Positions 28,942-40,115 of a stretch of DNA of 57,154 bases are shown here, in pieces. The notes under the pieces were generated by a model that had not been told where the DNA came from, made no database searches, and saw nothing but the letters and a program-made list of their open reading frames with translations. Each line of letters begins with the position of its first letter. The first letter of the stretch is position 1. Both the position numbers and the translations under genes were made by a program. The DNA is from Clostridia bacterium (GTDB lineage Bacteria; Bacillota; Clostridia; Oscillospirales; CAG-272). The stretch is taken from the NCBI GenBank assembly GCA_017505785.1, contig JAFVOQ010000003.1, positions 1-57,154 of the forward strand. The letters are read 5' to 3'.

Positions 28942-29808
28942 ATGTTTTATACCGAGCACTGGAAGGATTACGAATTACTGGATACCTCTGACGGCGAGCG
29001 ACTTGAGCGTTGGGGGAAATATATTTTGGTGCGTCCCGACCCGCAGATCATTTGGCGCGGTGCCGCCGCACATCCCGCATGGAAGCGTGCCGATGCCGTT
29101 TACCGCCGTTCCTCGGCGGGGGGCGGCGCGTGGAAGCAGAACCGACTGCCTGCAGAATGGAAGATCAACTATCGCGATCTCACCTTTTTAATTAAGCCCA
29201 TGGGCTTTAAGCACACGGGTCTTTTCCCCGAGCAGGCGGCAAACTGGGATTGGTTTGGCGAAAAGATCAAAAAGGCGGGACGCCCCATTAAGGTGTTAAA
29301 CCTGTTTGCCTATACGGGAGGTGCCACGGTGGCAGCGGCAAAGGCAGGCGCCTCTGTGGTGCACGTGGATGCGGCAAAGGGAATGGTAGCGCAAGCCAAG
29401 GAAAATGCGCGCCTGTCGGGGCTTGCTGATGCCCCCATTCGTTATATCGTTGACGATTGCAAAAAGTTTGTGGAGCGAGAGATCAAGCGCGGTAATTTTT
29501 ACGATGCCGTTATTATGGATCCGCCCTCTTACGGCAGAGGCCCTTCGGGCGAGGTTTGGAAAATTGAGGATTGTGTCGGGGAGCTGGTAGAGCTTGCCGC
29601 TAAGCTCTTGTCGCGCGAGCCTTTGTTTTTCCTGATCAATTCCTATACCACGGGTCTGTCGCCCCTTGCCATGAGCTATATTCTTGATCTCAAGGTTCGC
29701 TCGCGCTTTGGCGGCAAGACCTCCGCCGAGGAGCTTGGACTGAAGGTCACGCAAACAGGCTCTTACCTCCCGTGCGGTGCGAGTGCGCGTTGGGAACTTG
29801 AGGTGTAA
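28942..29808 (+). CDS. Class I SAM-dependent methyltransferase (RlmI/RlmK-like)
   Basis: Motifs HTGLFPEQ, LNLFAYTGG, HVDAAK, MDPPSYG. Confidence 0.88.
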   Translation: MFYTEHWKDYELLDTSDGERLERWGKYILVRPDPQIIWRGAAAHPAWKRADAVYRRSSAGGGAWKQNRLPAEWKINYRDLTFLIKPMGFKHTGLFPEQAANWDWFGEKIKKAGRPIKVLNLFAYTGGATVAAAKAGASVVHVDAAKGMVAQAKENARLSGLADAPIRYIVDDCKKFVEREIKRGNFYDAVIMDPPSYGRGPSGEVWKIEDCVGELVELAAKLLSREPLFFLINSYTTGLSPLAMSYILDLKVRSRFGGKTSAEELGLKVTQTGSYLPCGASARWELEV

Positions 29809-29810
29809 CG

Positions 29811-30674
29811 ATGAAAGAACCCTTTATTCACACAAAAGATCTTTGCTATTCGTATTCCGATGAAAACGGCTTGAAGCAGCCGGTCCTTCGCGGTATTACG
29901 CTTGATATTGCCAAGGGGGAATACGTTGCTATTCTCGGGCATAACGGCTCGGGCAAATCAACCTTGGCAAAGCTCCTTAATATGATACTCGAGCCCGATA
30001 GCGGCGAGCTTTGGGTGGCAGGACAGGATCTGACCTCTCCCGAGCTTACCGAGGATGATTTTTATGCACTGCGCCGTCAGGTCGGCATGGTCTTTCAAAA
30101 CCCCGACAATCAGTTGGTTGCTACCATTGTTGAGGATGACGTGGCGTTCGGCCCGGAAAATCTCGGTGTGCCGCCGGCACAGATACGCGCGCGCGTAGAT
30201 GCGGCCCTTGCCACAGTTGGTATGACAGCATATGCGCGGCACGAGCCGCACCGTCTTTCGGGCGGACAAAAGCAGCGCGTTGCCATTGCGGGGATTCTTG
30301 CCATGGAGCCGAACTGTATCATATTGGATGAGGCAACTGCCATGCTCGATCCCTTGGGGCGTCGGGAAGTAATTGAAACGGTTGAGGCACTCAATCGCGA
30401 AAAGGGCATTACCGTGCTATCTATCACGCATTATATGAATGAGGCTGCACGCGCTGACCGCGTGATCGTGATCGATGACGGCGTGGTTATCATGGACGGC
30501 ACACCGCGCGAGGTCTTTGCCGATCCTGCAAGGCTGCTGGCGGCAGGGCTTGATGTGCCGCAATGCACGTCGCTCGTGCACGCACTGCGTGCCGAGGGGG
30601 TTGCGCTGGCGGGAGATCCCGTCACAGTCGAAGAATGTGCAGATCTTATTTGCCGCGCTTTGGAGGTGATGTAA
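29811..30674 (+). CDS. ecfA1: ECF transporter ATPase A1
   Basis: Motifs GHNGSGKST, FQNPDNQ, LSGGQKQR, DEATAMLD. Confidence 0.93.
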   Translation: MKEPFIHTKDLCYSYSDENGLKQPVLRGITLDIAKGEYVAILGHNGSGKSTLAKLLNMILEPDSGELWVAGQDLTSPELTEDDFYALRRQVGMVFQNPDNQLVATIVEDDVAFGPENLGVPPAQIRARVDAALATVGMTAYARHEPHRLSGGQKQRVAIAGILAMEPNCIILDEATAMLDPLGRREVIETVEALNREKGITVLSITHYMNEAARADRVIVIDDGVVIMDGTPREVFADPARLLAAGLDVPQCTSLVHALRAEGVALAGDPVTVEECADLICRALEVM

Positions 30675-31537
30675 TGGCTGTTTTATCCTTAGAGCATGTG
30701 TCATATATCTACGGCGAGGGCACACCCTTTGAAATCAGAGCTCTTGACGACGTGAGTCTTTCGGTTCGCGAGGGTACGGTGACAGGCATAATCGGGCATA
30801 CAGGCTCGGGTAAATCTACTATGGTACAGCTTTTTAACGGCCTTGAAAAGCCGACGGCGGGTAGGGTATTGCTTGACGGAAAGGATATCTGGGCAGAGCC
30901 GAAAAAAATGCGCGATATCCGCTTTCGCGTAGGGCTTGTGATGCAGTATCCCGAGTATCAGCTCTTTGAAGAAACGATCCGCGCGGATATCGCGTTCGGT
31001 CCCCGAAACATGGGGCTTGCCGAAGAAGAGATCGCACGCCGTACAAAAGAGGCTGCGGCATTTGTGGGGCTTGAGGCTGCGCTGCTTGACCGTTCTCCCT
31101 TTGAGCTTTCGGGTGGCCAAAAGCGCCGTGCCGCCATTGCCGGTATTATGGCAATGCGCCCCGAGATACTCGTGCTCGACGAGCCCGCGGCGGGGCTTGA
31201 TCCGCGCGGCAGAGATGTTATTTTGCAAGGCATTCGCGCCTACGGCAAAGCGACGGGCTCCACCGTTATCATCGTCAGCCACAGCATGGAGGATATGGCG
31301 GCATATTGTGATGATATTATTGTAATGTCGCACGCAAAGGTGTGCCTTTTCGGCACGCGTGATGAGGTGTTTGCCAATGCATCAAAGCTTACAGACGTAG
31401 GGCTTGATGTGCCGCAGATCACACATTTGATGATGCTGCTTCGCGCGCGCGGCGTTGCCGTGCCCGAGGGCATTTATACAGTAGAGGCGGCAACCGCCGC
31501 GCTCCGTAAGCTATTAGGTAAAGGACATACTGTTTGA
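30674..31537 (+). CDS. ecfA2: ECF transporter ATPase A2
   Basis: Motifs GTPFE, GHTGSGKST, QYPEYQLF, SPFELSGGQKRR. Confidence 0.93.
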   Translation: MAVLSLEHVSYIYGEGTPFEIRALDDVSLSVREGTVTGIIGHTGSGKSTMVQLFNGLEKPTAGRVLLDGKDIWAEPKKMRDIRFRVGLVMQYPEYQLFEETIRADIAFGPRNMGLAEEEIARRTKEAAAFVGLEAALLDRSPFELSGGQKRRAAIAGIMAMRPEILVLDEPAAGLDPRGRDVILQGIRAYGKATGSTVIIVSHSMEDMAAYCDDIIVMSHAKVCLFGTRDEVFANASKLTDVGLDVPQITHLMMLLRARGVAVPEGIYTVEAATAALRKLLGKGHTV

Positions 31538-32355
31538 TGAAGAATATCGCATTTGGGCAGTATTATCCTGCCCACTCACCGCTGCACGCAATGGATGCGC
31601 GCATGAAGGTGATACTTTCCGTACTTTATATTGTTGCCGCGTTTCTTTGTAAAAACGTGTTGGCATTCGGCGCGTTGCTGGCATCTGCGGTGGTATTGCT
31701 GATCCTTAGCCGTATCCCTGCGCGTATTGTGCTGCGCTCTCTGAGACCACTCTTTTTTATCATGCTGTTTACCGCGGTGCTCAATCTGTTTTTTGCCACG
31801 GGAACAAGCGTGCTGGTTTCCTTTTGGCGCATTACGATCTATGTGGAGGGCGTTTACAGCGCGGTATTTATGCTGGTGCGCATTGTCGTTCTGATCTTTG
31901 GTACAAGCATTTTTCTTACCTATACCACAACCCCGATCGCATTGACCGATGCCATCGAGAGTCTGCTTTCTCCTCTTCGTTTGATTCGATTTCCCGCGCA
32001 CGAGTTTGCTATGATGATGAGTATCGCGCTTCGCTTTATTCCCACCTTAATGGAGGAAACTGCCAAGATCATGAACGCCCAAAAGGCGCGCGGTGTGGAT
32101 TTTTCAAGCGGCGGACTTGTGAAGCGTGCCAAGGCTTTGGTGCCGATCCTTATTCCGCTGATCCTGTCCTCTGTTCGGCGCGCGGATGAGCTTGCTATGG
32201 CAATGGAATGCCGTTGCTATCGCGGCGGTAAGGGAAGAACAAAAATGACGGTGCCGCATTTGCGTATCGGTGATTTTGCAGCACTTGTCTGCATGGTCGC
32301 ATTTGGTGCCGCGCTTGTTTACCTCAATCACCGCGGTATCGGCTATACTATGTGA
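31534..32355 (+). CDS. ecfT: ECF transporter transmembrane T component
   Basis: Motifs GQYYP, ALRFIPTL, AQKARG, AMECRCY. Confidence 0.93.
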   Translation: MMKNIAFGQYYPAHSPLHAMDARMKVILSVLYIVAAFLCKNVLAFGALLASAVVLLILSRIPARIVLRSLRPLFFIMLFTAVLNLFFATGTSVLVSFWRITIYVEGVYSAVFMLVRIVVLIFGTSIFLTYTTTPIALTDAIESLLSPLRLIRFPAHEFAMMMSIALRFIPTLMEETAKIMNAQKARGVDFSSGGLVKRAKALVPILIPLILSSVRRADELAMAMECRCYRGGKGRTKMTVPHLRIGDFAALVCMVAFGAALVYLNHRGIGYTM

Positions 32356-32360
32356 GGCAT

Positions 32361-33125
32361 ATGATGAAGGTCTTACTGAAAATTGCGTATCTCGGGACAG
32401 CGTATTGCGGTTATCAGGTACAGCCAAACGGTATCACCGTACAGGAAAAGCTAAATCAAGCAGCGAGGGCAGTGTTTTCCTTTGACTGTGACATTGTCGG
32501 GTGCAGCCGTACCGATAGCGGCGTGCACGCGCGTGGCTTTTGTGCAACGGTTACGAAAAAGGGAACGGATACCCTCGACACGACCGTGCCGCTTGACCGC
32601 ATTCCGCGTGCCATGAACGTGCATTTGCCCTGTGACATTGCCGTGCTAGAGGCGCGCGCCGTGCCCGAGGACTTTCACGCGCGGTACAGCGTGATATCCA
32701 AGGAATACGAGTATCTTATTTACAACGGTGCTGAGCGAGATCCTTTTCTTGAAGGTCGCGCCTATCATATTCCAAAGCGATTTGACGATGCCGCTATTGC
32801 GGCGATGCATGCGGCGGCGCAGCATTTTGTGGGAAGGCATGATTTCACCGCATTGCGCGACGGTGATCCCGATGAAAAGGATCCTGTTCGTCATGTGCTT
32901 GGGGCATCTGTTATAAAAAAAGGAGATTTCATTTCCTTCCGCGTGCGTGCCGACGGATTTCTTTATCATATGGTGCGCGTTATGGCAGGGACACTGATCG
33001 AGGTGGGCAGGGGCAGACTCTCGCCCGGTGATGTTTCAACCTTTTTAAAGGAGAAAAACAGAAAGGCGTGCGGCGCTACTGCCCCTGCCTGCGGTCTTTA
33101 TCTCGATCGCGTATTTTACGAATAA
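32361..33125 (+). CDS. truA: tRNA pseudouridine(38-40) synthase
   Basis: Motifs AYLGTAYCGYQ, GCSRTDSGVHA, FHARY, GFLYHMVR, TAPACGL. Exact start uncertain. Confidence 0.94.
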   Translation: MMKVLLKIAYLGTAYCGYQVQPNGITVQEKLNQAARAVFSFDCDIVGCSRTDSGVHARGFCATVTKKGTDTLDTTVPLDRIPRAMNVHLPCDIAVLEARAVPEDFHARYSVISKEYEYLIYNGAERDPFLEGRAYHIPKRFDDAAIAAMHAAAQHFVGRHDFTALRDGDPDEKDPVRHVLGASVIKKGDFISFRVRADGFLYHMVRVMAGTLIEVGRGRLSPGDVSTFLKEKNRKACGATAPACGLYLDRVFYE

Positions 33126-33158
33126 AATGACATAAATGAGATTGAAAAGGAGGTTGTT

Positions 33159-34382
33159 ATGGAAAACGAAAGCCGCAGTACGGCCTTAGTGCAGGCGTCA
33201 CCCGGTGCTCTGGTGCAAGCCGGGGAGCAGCCGCTTAGCTATTGGGCGCGTGTTTCGAAGAAGTATCATACCGCATGGTTGATCGTGGCGTTTGTGCTTG
33301 TTTTGTTTTTGGTGATGTTTTCGGTGCTTTTTGCACATGCTTTCAGCTATGATAGCCTCTTTTATTTCGGCAAGGATATCACAACCCTTGCCTCCTTGCC
33401 GGAGCAGGGTGACACAACTGTGTATTACGACTATAAAGGGGAAAATGCAGTGCCTGCCCCCTACCGCGCAGGTGTCGCCGTGGCACACGCCGGCGGTGTG
33501 GATATTTATGGAGCTGACAGTACTCGGTTGTTGGCTGTTACACACGAAACGCCGTACGCGGCCCCACGCATTGCCATATCACGCGATTACCTAATAGCGT
33601 ATGATTTCGGTGCAACCTCATTTTGCGTTTGTAATTCCTATACTAAGCTTTACGAGGGCGTAACCGAGCAGCCCATTTACGGTGTTTTTGTTTCAAACTC
33701 GGGGTATTTTACAATTATTACAGGCTCCGACACTGCGCTTTCCGAGGTTTTGCTTTTTGATGCTGACTTCAATTTGAAGCAACGCTTTGGGCGCGCATCG
33801 GCGACGGTCAGTGCCTTGATCTCGGAAAACGGTCGAACCGTCACACTTGTCGGCGCGGTTGCACAAGGCACTGCTGTTGACGTATATATGATCGGTGACG
33901 AGAAGCCGCTGTCCTCAACGGTTCTTCCCGGCTTTCCCTTGGTCGCGGGCTATACCGCATCTGCCAAGCTGGCTGTGATTACCGATACCGCGTGTCATGT
34001 TATATCCCATGAGGGAAAGGTATATGAAACAGTACGCTTTGACGGTGCTACGCTTGCCGCGTATAGCGTAGGAGAAAACGGTATTGCTCTCGCCCTTGAA
34101 ACTGACCGTATCAATACCGCTTACCGCGTGCTGGTTCTTGATAAGAAAGGAAAAGTTGAAACGGAATTTACACATTTGGGTAGAGTAAAGGCGCTTTCCG
34201 TTTCCGATAACTACCTGTGGTTGCTTGGCAATACGGATGTTATTTGCATGCAGTTTGACGATGCACAAAAGGTTAAAAAGTTTACTGTTGATGACAGCGC
34301 GCTCGCTATCGCGGCGCTCGGTGATAACAGCGCGCGTGTGCTGTATCCTGCCGAGGCATTACATTTTAAGATCGGCAGGTAA
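33159..34382 (+). CDS. Membrane-anchored beta-propeller-like protein (DUF5711-like)
   Basis: A single N-terminal TM helix followed by repeated beta-strand blades. SD AAGGAGG. Confidence 0.65.
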   Translation: MENESRSTALVQASPGALVQAGEQPLSYWARVSKKYHTAWLIVAFVLVLFLVMFSVLFAHAFSYDSLFYFGKDITTLASLPEQGDTTVYYDYKGENAVPAPYRAGVAVAHAGGVDIYGADSTRLLAVTHETPYAAPRIAISRDYLIAYDFGATSFCVCNSYTKLYEGVTEQPIYGVFVSNSGYFTIITGSDTALSEVLLFDADFNLKQRFGRASATVSALISENGRTVTLVGAVAQGTAVDVYMIGDEKPLSSTVLPGFPLVAGYTASAKLAVITDTACHVISHEGKVYETVRFDGATLAAYSVGENGIALALETDRINTAYRVLVLDKKGKVETEFTHLGRVKALSVSDNYLWLLGNTDVICMQFDDAQKVKKFTVDDSALAIAALGDNSARVLYPAEALHFKIGR

Positions 34383-34393
34383 GAGGTGATTTC

Positions 34394-34984
34394 ATGAAGC
34401 ATATTCCGAATATTTTAACGGTGCTGCGTTTGTTGCTTGTACCGATATTTATCGTATTGTTTTTTGCGGTTGCGCCTATTGCGGCACTGCCCGTTTCTTG
34501 GCTTGCGGCAATAACAGATGTGCTTGACGGATATCTTGCGCGCCGCAACGGCTGGGTGTCGCGTTTTGGCAAAATGCTTGATCCCGTTGCGGATAAGCTG
34601 ATGCAGGGAGCGTTGCTGCTTTCCTTGGTGGTGGGCGGCTTTTTGCCGTGGCTTTTTGCGATCCCGTTTGTTCTAAAGGAGCTTGCACAAGGTGTTTGTG
34701 GCTTTTTGATGCTGCGCCGCCGTCGCGTTGTGGTCGTCAGCCGTTGGTATGGCAAGGCGGCACTTACGCTTTTTCATCTTGCCGTTAACTTTACGGTGGT
34801 ATTTTCCGCCTTCCTTAACCCCATGCCGATCGGCATGAAGATCTTGATCGGTGCTTTGTGGGTAACGGCACTTGGATTTATGGTATTTGCTTTTGTCAGT
34901 TATGTTGTGGGCTATGCGAGAATGGCTGCAACAATTAAGAAAGAATGGAGAGAAAGTGCCTCACAGGCAGTTGAATTTAAATAA
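34394..34984 (+). CDS. CDP-alcohol phosphatidyltransferase (PgsA-like)
   Basis: IPNILT..R, and the signature TDVLDGYLARR..GKMLDPVADK. Confidence 0.9.
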   Translation: MKHIPNILTVLRLLLVPIFIVLFFAVAPIAALPVSWLAAITDVLDGYLARRNGWVSRFGKMLDPVADKLMQGALLLSLVVGGFLPWLFAIPFVLKELAQGVCGFLMLRRRRVVVVSRWYGKAALTLFHLAVNFTVVFSAFLNPMPIGMKILIGALWVTALGFMVFAFVSYVVGYARMAATIKKEWRESASQAVEFK

Positions 34985-37290
34985 TGGTAATGTGTTCTAA
35001 ATGCCACAAGCGTGTGGCAACTGTATTTGTAACCAAGGTTGAAAACGGAGAACGAAAAACAGAAGGGCTGTGTATGAAATGCGCGGCTGAGCTCGGCATG
35101 CCAACGGATCAAATGATCGGTAACGTCATGGGCAAGCTTGGGTTTACCCCCGATCAGCTTGAGGGCATGGAGGAGGAACTGAACGGCCTTTTGCAGGGCG
35201 GACTTCCGAGTGACAGCGACGATAACGAGGACGGAGGCGCGCCTGCCATTGATTTCCCCAAGATCTTTCGTGAAAGCGGCCTTTTCGGCAATCCGCAAAA
35301 GGGAAAGAGCGCCGAAGGGGAGAAGGGCGAGAAAAAGGAAAAAGCACCAAAGGAAAAGAAGCATAAATTCCTTGATACCTATTGCCGTAACCTCACACGC
35401 CGTGCGCGCGAGGGCAAGCTTGACCGCATTGTCGGGCGTGAGCGTGAGCTCGCACGTGTCATTCAGATTTTGTGTCGCCGTCAGAAAAACAATCCCTGCC
35501 TCATCGGTGAGCCTGGTGTCGGTAAGACCGCCATTGCCGAGGCATTGGCACAGCGCATAGCCGAGAATAACGTACCCTACAAGCTGCGCGGCAAGGAGGT
35601 CTATCTTGTGGATCTTACCGCACTTGTGGCGGGCACGCAGTTCCGCGGTCAGTTTGAGTCGCGTATATTGGGGCTCCTCAAGGAGGTGACCGATGCGGGG
35701 AATATCATTCTCGTGATTGACGAGGTGCACAATATCGTGGGCACGGGTGAATCCGAGGGCAGTGTGAATGCCGCGAATATTTTAAAGCCTGCGCTTTCAC
35801 GTGGCGAGGTGCAGATCATCGGTGCTACCACCTTAAACGAATATCGCAAGTATATTGAAAAGGACAGCGCGCTAGAACGCCGTTTCCAGCCCGTGACGGT
35901 AAATGAGCCCTCACTTGCCGATACCGTCGAGATGCTGCGCGGCATCAAGCACTATTACGAGAGCTTCCATGCAGTGACCATTCCCGATGAGATTTTGCGC
36001 CGCGCTGTGGTGCTCTCCGAGCGCTATATTACCGACAGATATCTGCCCGATAAGGCAATTGACCTCCTCGATGAGGCTGCCGCCAACCTCTCACTCAACT
36101 CCTCCGTTTTGAACGAAAGTTATGAAATAAAAGAACAAATGTTGTCAGAAAAAGAAAAGCGGGAGCGAATTGAGGCGGAGGATGCCACCGATGAGCAGTC
36201 GGAGAAACGCCGCTTTGAGGAGCTTGCCAAGATCAAGGCAAAGGAGCTGCAGCTCTCGGAGCGTCTTGCCGAGATCGAGCCCGAGATCGGCCGTGTGGTA
36301 ATGGGCGAGGAGGAGCTTGCACAGGTTATTGAGATCTGGACGGGCGTGCCTGCTGCCAATATCAGCGAAAACGAGTTTGAACGCATTGACGGACTTGAGG
36401 CACGCCTCAAAAAGCGCATTATCGGTCAGGATAAAGCAGTATCTGCTGTGGCGCGTGCCATTAAACGTAACCGTGCGGGCGTATCATATAAGAGGAAGCC
36501 CGTATCCTTCATTTTTGCAGGACCTACCGGCGTTGGTAAAACCGAGCTGGTAAAGACCCTTGCCGCAGATCTGTTTAACAGCCCCGAAACGCTGATCCGT
36601 CTTGATATGTCGGAGTTTATGGAAAAGCATTCGGTGTCGCGTATCATCGGCGCACCTCCCGGATATGTTGGCTATGACGAGGCAGGGCAGCTGACCGAAA
36701 AGATCCGCCGTCGCCCCTATTCCGTCGTGCTCTTTGATGAGATCGAGAAGGCGCACCCCGATGTGCTGAATATCCTGTTGCAAATTCTTGACGACGGCAG
36801 AATTACCGATGCACGCGGTAAGACCGTTAACTTTGAAAATACCGTGCTTGTTATGACCACGAATGCGGGATCGGATAAAGCGGGCGCACTCGCAGGATTC
36901 CTCGGAGATGAAAACACAGGGGTTGATGCGCGCACCGAAAAGGCACTTTCCACCTTCCTGCGCCCTGAATTTTTAAACCGCGTGGACGAGATTATTACCT
37001 TCCGTTCGCTCGATGAAGATGATTTTGCAAAAATTGCCGCCATTCAAATGAATGAACTCAAGGCTGCCCTTGCCGAGCGTCATATCACGCTTACCTTTAC
37101 CGACGCGGCACTTTCGTTCATTGCCAAGCGTTCCTATTCGCATAAATACGGCGCGCGGAATATGCGCCGCTTTATCCAAAGGAACGTTGAGGACGTGTTG
37201 GCGGAAAAGATCATTGCAGATCACAACCGCACCATCACCCATGCCGCTGTGATCATTAACAACGAAGAACTTAGAATTGAGGTTATGTAA
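34984..37290 (+). CDS. ATP-dependent Clp protease ATP-binding subunit (ClpE/ClpC-like, N-terminal Zn finger)
   Basis: CSKC..CMKC N-terminus and two AAA+ modules ([16 protein letters not shown]). Confidence 0.93.
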   Translation: MVMCSKCHKRVATVFVTKVENGERKTEGLCMKCAAELGMPTDQMIGNVMGKLGFTPDQLEGMEEELNGLLQGGLPSDSDDNEDGGAPAIDFPKIFRESGLFGNPQKGKSAEGEKGEKKEKAPKEKKHKFLDTYCRNLTRRAREGKLDRIVGRERELARVIQILCRRQKNNPCLIGEPGVGKTAIAEALAQRIAENNVPYKLRGKEVYLVDLTALVAGTQFRGQFESRILGLLKEVTDAGNIILVIDEVHNIVGTGESEGSVNAANILKPALSRGEVQIIGATTLNEYRKYIEKDSALERRFQPVTVNEPSLADTVEMLRGIKHYYESFHAVTIPDEILRRAVVLSERYITDRYLPDKAIDLLDEAAANLSLNSSVLNESYEIKEQMLSEKEKRERIEAEDATDEQSEKRRFEELAKIKAKELQLSERLAEIEPEIGRVVMGEEELAQVIEIWTGVPAANISENEFERIDGLEARLKKRIIGQDKAVSAVARAIKRNRAGVSYKRKPVSFIFAGPTGVGKTELVKTLAADLFNSPETLIRLDMSEFMEKHSVSRIIGAPPGYVGYDEAGQLTEKIRRRPYSVVLFDEIEKAHPDVLNILLQILDDGRITDARGKTVNFENTVLVMTTNAGSDKAGALAGFLGDENTGVDARTEKALSTFLRPEFLNRVDEIITFRSLDEDDFAKIAAIQMNELKAALAERHITLTFTDAALSFIAKRSYSHKYGARNMRRFIQRNVEDVLAEKIIADHNRTITHAAVIINNEELRIEVM

Positions 37291-37923
37291 ATGAGCGTTT
37301 ATTTGTTTGATTTTGACGGAACTTTAGTGGATTCTATGCCCGTTTTCGGTGCAGCTGTGCTGCACGTGCTGGACACAAACGGCGTATCCTATCCCGACGA
37401 TATTGTTAAAATCATTACGCCCCTTGGGTTTGCCGGCACGGCGGATTATTTCATTCGCGAGCTTGGTGCCACCAAATCGCGCGACGAGCTTGTTGATGAG
37501 ATGACCGCTTATATGGTAGAAGCGTATATGAATACCATTCCTGCTAAGGCACACGTGGAAAATACCCTGCGCGAGCTCCGCGCCCGCGGCGAGCGCCTCG
37601 CGGTCTTGACGGCAAGCCCCCATAAGACGCTTGATCCCTGCCTGAAACGCGTTGGGCTCTTTGACCTCTTTGAGCGCGTTTGGTCCTGTGATGATTTTAA
37701 CACCACAAAAGCCGACCCAAATATTTATAAGATGGCGGCAAAGGAGCTTGGCATTCCCGTAGAAGAGCTCATCTTCCTTGATGATAATATCAATGCCGAT
37801 CAAACTGCGATTGCCGCAGGTGCGCGTGTCTTTGGTGTGTTTGATGAAAGCTCTGCCGATATGGAGAACGAAATGCGCGCGGTCTGTGAGCGCTACATCC
37901 GCGATTTTTCCGAGCTGCTTTAA
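37291..37923 (+). CDS. HAD family phosphatase
   Basis: Motifs FDFDGTL, LTAS, K.DP, FLDDN. Confidence 0.88.
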   Translation: MSVYLFDFDGTLVDSMPVFGAAVLHVLDTNGVSYPDDIVKIITPLGFAGTADYFIRELGATKSRDELVDEMTAYMVEAYMNTIPAKAHVENTLRELRARGERLAVLTASPHKTLDPCLKRVGLFDLFERVWSCDDFNTTKADPNIYKMAAKELGIPVEELIFLDDNINADQTAIAAGARVFGVFDESSADMENEMRAVCERYIRDFSELL

Positions 37924-37961
37924 AAGGGGAGCACCTACACATTATAAAAAGGAAAAATTAT

Positions 37962-38006
37962 CGCACAGGAACAGCGGCGCAGAAATTGCGCCGCTGTTCC
38001 TGTGCG
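37962..38006. repeat. Perfect 20-bp inverted repeat (terminator-like)
   Basis: CGCACAGGAACAGCGGCGCA-GAAAT-TGCGCCGCTGTTCCTGTGCG. Confidence 0.75.
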
Positions 38007-38092
38007 TTGTATGCCGCGAAGCGATTTAAATTTCCCTAAATAGCAGGAAACTCACGCAAAATGTAAACAAAATGTAAAAAGTTGGTTTTGTG

Positions 38093-38245
38093 TTGCATTT
38101 AATAATAAATTGTGTTATAATATCACACGCTTGCGTGATGGCGAGCGAAAACACACACGGTATTAAAAGTAGGGTCGGTGCCTGCGCGCCGCGTAGGTTG
38201 CCCTGTGAGATCCCGTGGTGGAAAAAACCAAAGGAGGACATAAAA
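38093..38245 (+). promoter_or_regulatory. rpsB promoter and S2-autoregulatory (t44-like) leader
   Basis: TTGCAT-17-TATAAT (38093-38121). The CACACACGG..CCGTGGTGG stem precedes the GGAGG SD. Confidence 0.7.
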
Positions 38246-38986
38246 ATGTCTGTTATTACCATCAAACAGCTTCTCGAAGCAGGTGTTCACTTCGGACACC
38301 ACACCAGAAGATGGAACCCCAAGATGCAGGAGTACATCTTCACCGAACGTAACGGTATCTACATCATTGACCTGCAGAAGACCGTTAAAAAGTTTGAGGA
38401 GGCGTACAACTTTGTTCGCGACCTCGCTGCAAACAACGGCACCATCCTTTTCGTTGGTACCAAGAAGCAGGCTGCCGATGCCATTAAGGAAGAGGCTCAG
38501 CGTTGCGGCATGTACTACGTAAATGTACGTTGGCCCGGCGGCATGATGACCAACTTCAAGACCATCAAGAAGTCCATTGCCCGTCTTAACAGCCTCAACA
38601 AGATGCAAGAGGACGGCACCTTCGACCTCCTTCCCAAGAAGGAAGTTGCAGGCAAGCAAAAGGAGATCTTCGACCTTGAGAAGAGCTATGGCGGTATCAA
38701 GACCATGGAAGCCCTTCCTTCCGCTGTGTTCATCGTTGACCCCCACAAGGAGCGCAACGCAGTGCTTGAGGCTAAGAAGCTCGGTATTCCGGTAATCGCT
38801 ATCGTTGACACCAACTGCGATCCCGATGATGCTGATTATATCATTCCCGGTAACGATGACGCGATCCGCGCCATCAAGCTCATTTCCTCTGTTATCGCTG
38901 ACGCTGTCATCGAGGGCAAGCAGGGCGAGCAGACCGCTGAGGCTGAGGCTCCCGTAGAGGAAGCAGCAGAAGCTGACGCAGAGTAA
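38246..38986 (+). CDS. rpsB: 30S ribosomal protein S2
   Basis: Motifs [34 protein letters not shown]. Confidence 0.99.
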   Translation: MSVITIKQLLEAGVHFGHHTRRWNPKMQEYIFTERNGIYIIDLQKTVKKFEEAYNFVRDLAANNGTILFVGTKKQAADAIKEEAQRCGMYYVNVRWPGGMMTNFKTIKKSIARLNSLNKMQEDGTFDLLPKKEVAGKQKEIFDLEKSYGGIKTMEALPSAVFIVDPHKERNAVLEAKKLGIPVIAIVDTNCDPDDADYIIPGNDDAIRAIKLISSVIADAVIEGKQGEQTAEAEAPVEEAAEADAE

Positions 38987-39006
38987 TTTGTTAAGGAGAA
39001 TAAAAA

Positions 39007-39939
39007 ATGGCTAACTTTACCGCAAAAGACGTAGCAGATCTTCGTGCTAAGACCGGTCTTGGCATGATGGACTGCAAGAACGCACTGGTTGAGGCTGACG
39101 GCGATCAGGATAAGGCTATCAAGATCCTTCGTGAGAAGGGCCTTGCTACCGCTGAGAAGAAGGCTGGCCGTATCGCTGCCGAGGGCCGCGTTGACATTAT
39201 GACCAAGAACGGTGTAACCGCTATGGTTGAGGTGAACTCCGAGACCGACTTCGCTGCAAAGAGCGATGCATTCAAGGGCTTTGTTACCGGTCTTCTTGAA
39301 ACCGTTATCGAGAACAAGCCTGCTGACGTTGCAGCTCTTATGGAGTGCACTTATGTTGGTAGCACCGAAACCGTTCAGAAGACGCTCGTTGAGCTCATTT
39401 CCGTGATCAAGGAGAACCTTTCTGTTCGTCGCTTTGTGATCGTTGAGGGTGTAACCTCCACCTACATTCACGGCTTTGGCACCACCGGTGTTATCGTGAA
39501 GTTTGAGGCTGACGATGCTGTTGTTGCAAAAGAGGGCTTTGCAGAGTACGCAAAGAACATCGCACTGCAGATCGCTGCCGGCAATCCTCCCCAGTACGTG
39601 AACATCGAAGATGTTCCCGCTGAGGCAGTTGCTGAGGAGAAGGCAGTTCTTATCGCTCAGATGAAGAACGATCCCAAGAATGCAAACAAGCCCGACCAGA
39701 TTTTGGAGAAGATTGTTTCCGGTCGTCTTGGCAAGTTCTACGAGCGCGTTTGCCTTGTTGAGCAGGCTTACGTAAAAGAGGATAGCATGACTGTTGGCGC
39801 TTACACCAAGGCTACCGCAAAGGAGCTTGGCGGCGACATCAAGATCGCTTCCTTCTGCCTGTTTGAAAAGGGCGAGGGCATTGAAAAGAAAGAGGAGAAC
39901 TTTGCTGAGGAGATCGCAAAGCTTACCGGCCAGGCTTAA
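39007..39939 (+). CDS. tsf: Elongation factor Ts
   Basis: Motifs LRAKTGLGMMDCK, RIAAEG, NSETDF, GEGIEK. Confidence 0.98.
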   Translation: MANFTAKDVADLRAKTGLGMMDCKNALVEADGDQDKAIKILREKGLATAEKKAGRIAAEGRVDIMTKNGVTAMVEVNSETDFAAKSDAFKGFVTGLLETVIENKPADVAALMECTYVGSTETVQKTLVELISVIKENLSVRRFVIVEGVTSTYIHGFGTTGVIVKFEADDAVVAKEGFAEYAKNIALQIAAGNPPQYVNIEDVPAEAVAEEKAVLIAQMKNDPKNANKPDQILEKIVSGRLGKFYERVCLVEQAYVKEDSMTVGAYTKATAKELGGDIKIASFCLFEKGEGIEKKEENFAEEIAKLTGQA

Positions 39940-39952
39940 TGATAGCTTTTAT

Positions 39953-39990
39953 GAGGGCGGAATCTCGTTTGGGATTCCGCCCTTTTCTAT
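39953..39990 (+). terminator. tsf terminator
   Basis: AGGGCGGAATCTC-GTTT-GGGATTCCGCCCT followed by TTT. Confidence 0.8.
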
Positions 39991-40115
39991 ATTTTCTTTA
40001 TATTAAAATGATTATATTATATTTATTTTCAAAAATCGATAAATCCCCCTTTACAAAACGTTAAAAATAGAGTAAAATATAAAAGAATAGAAATCTTTTG
40101 AGCGAGGTGTTTCTT

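Noticed and set aside
28942-29808. Methyltransferase next to a nuclease as a restriction-modification or defence pair
   Set aside because: The nuclease is canonical RuvC and the methyltransferase is RlmI/K-like, both in a housekeeping operon.
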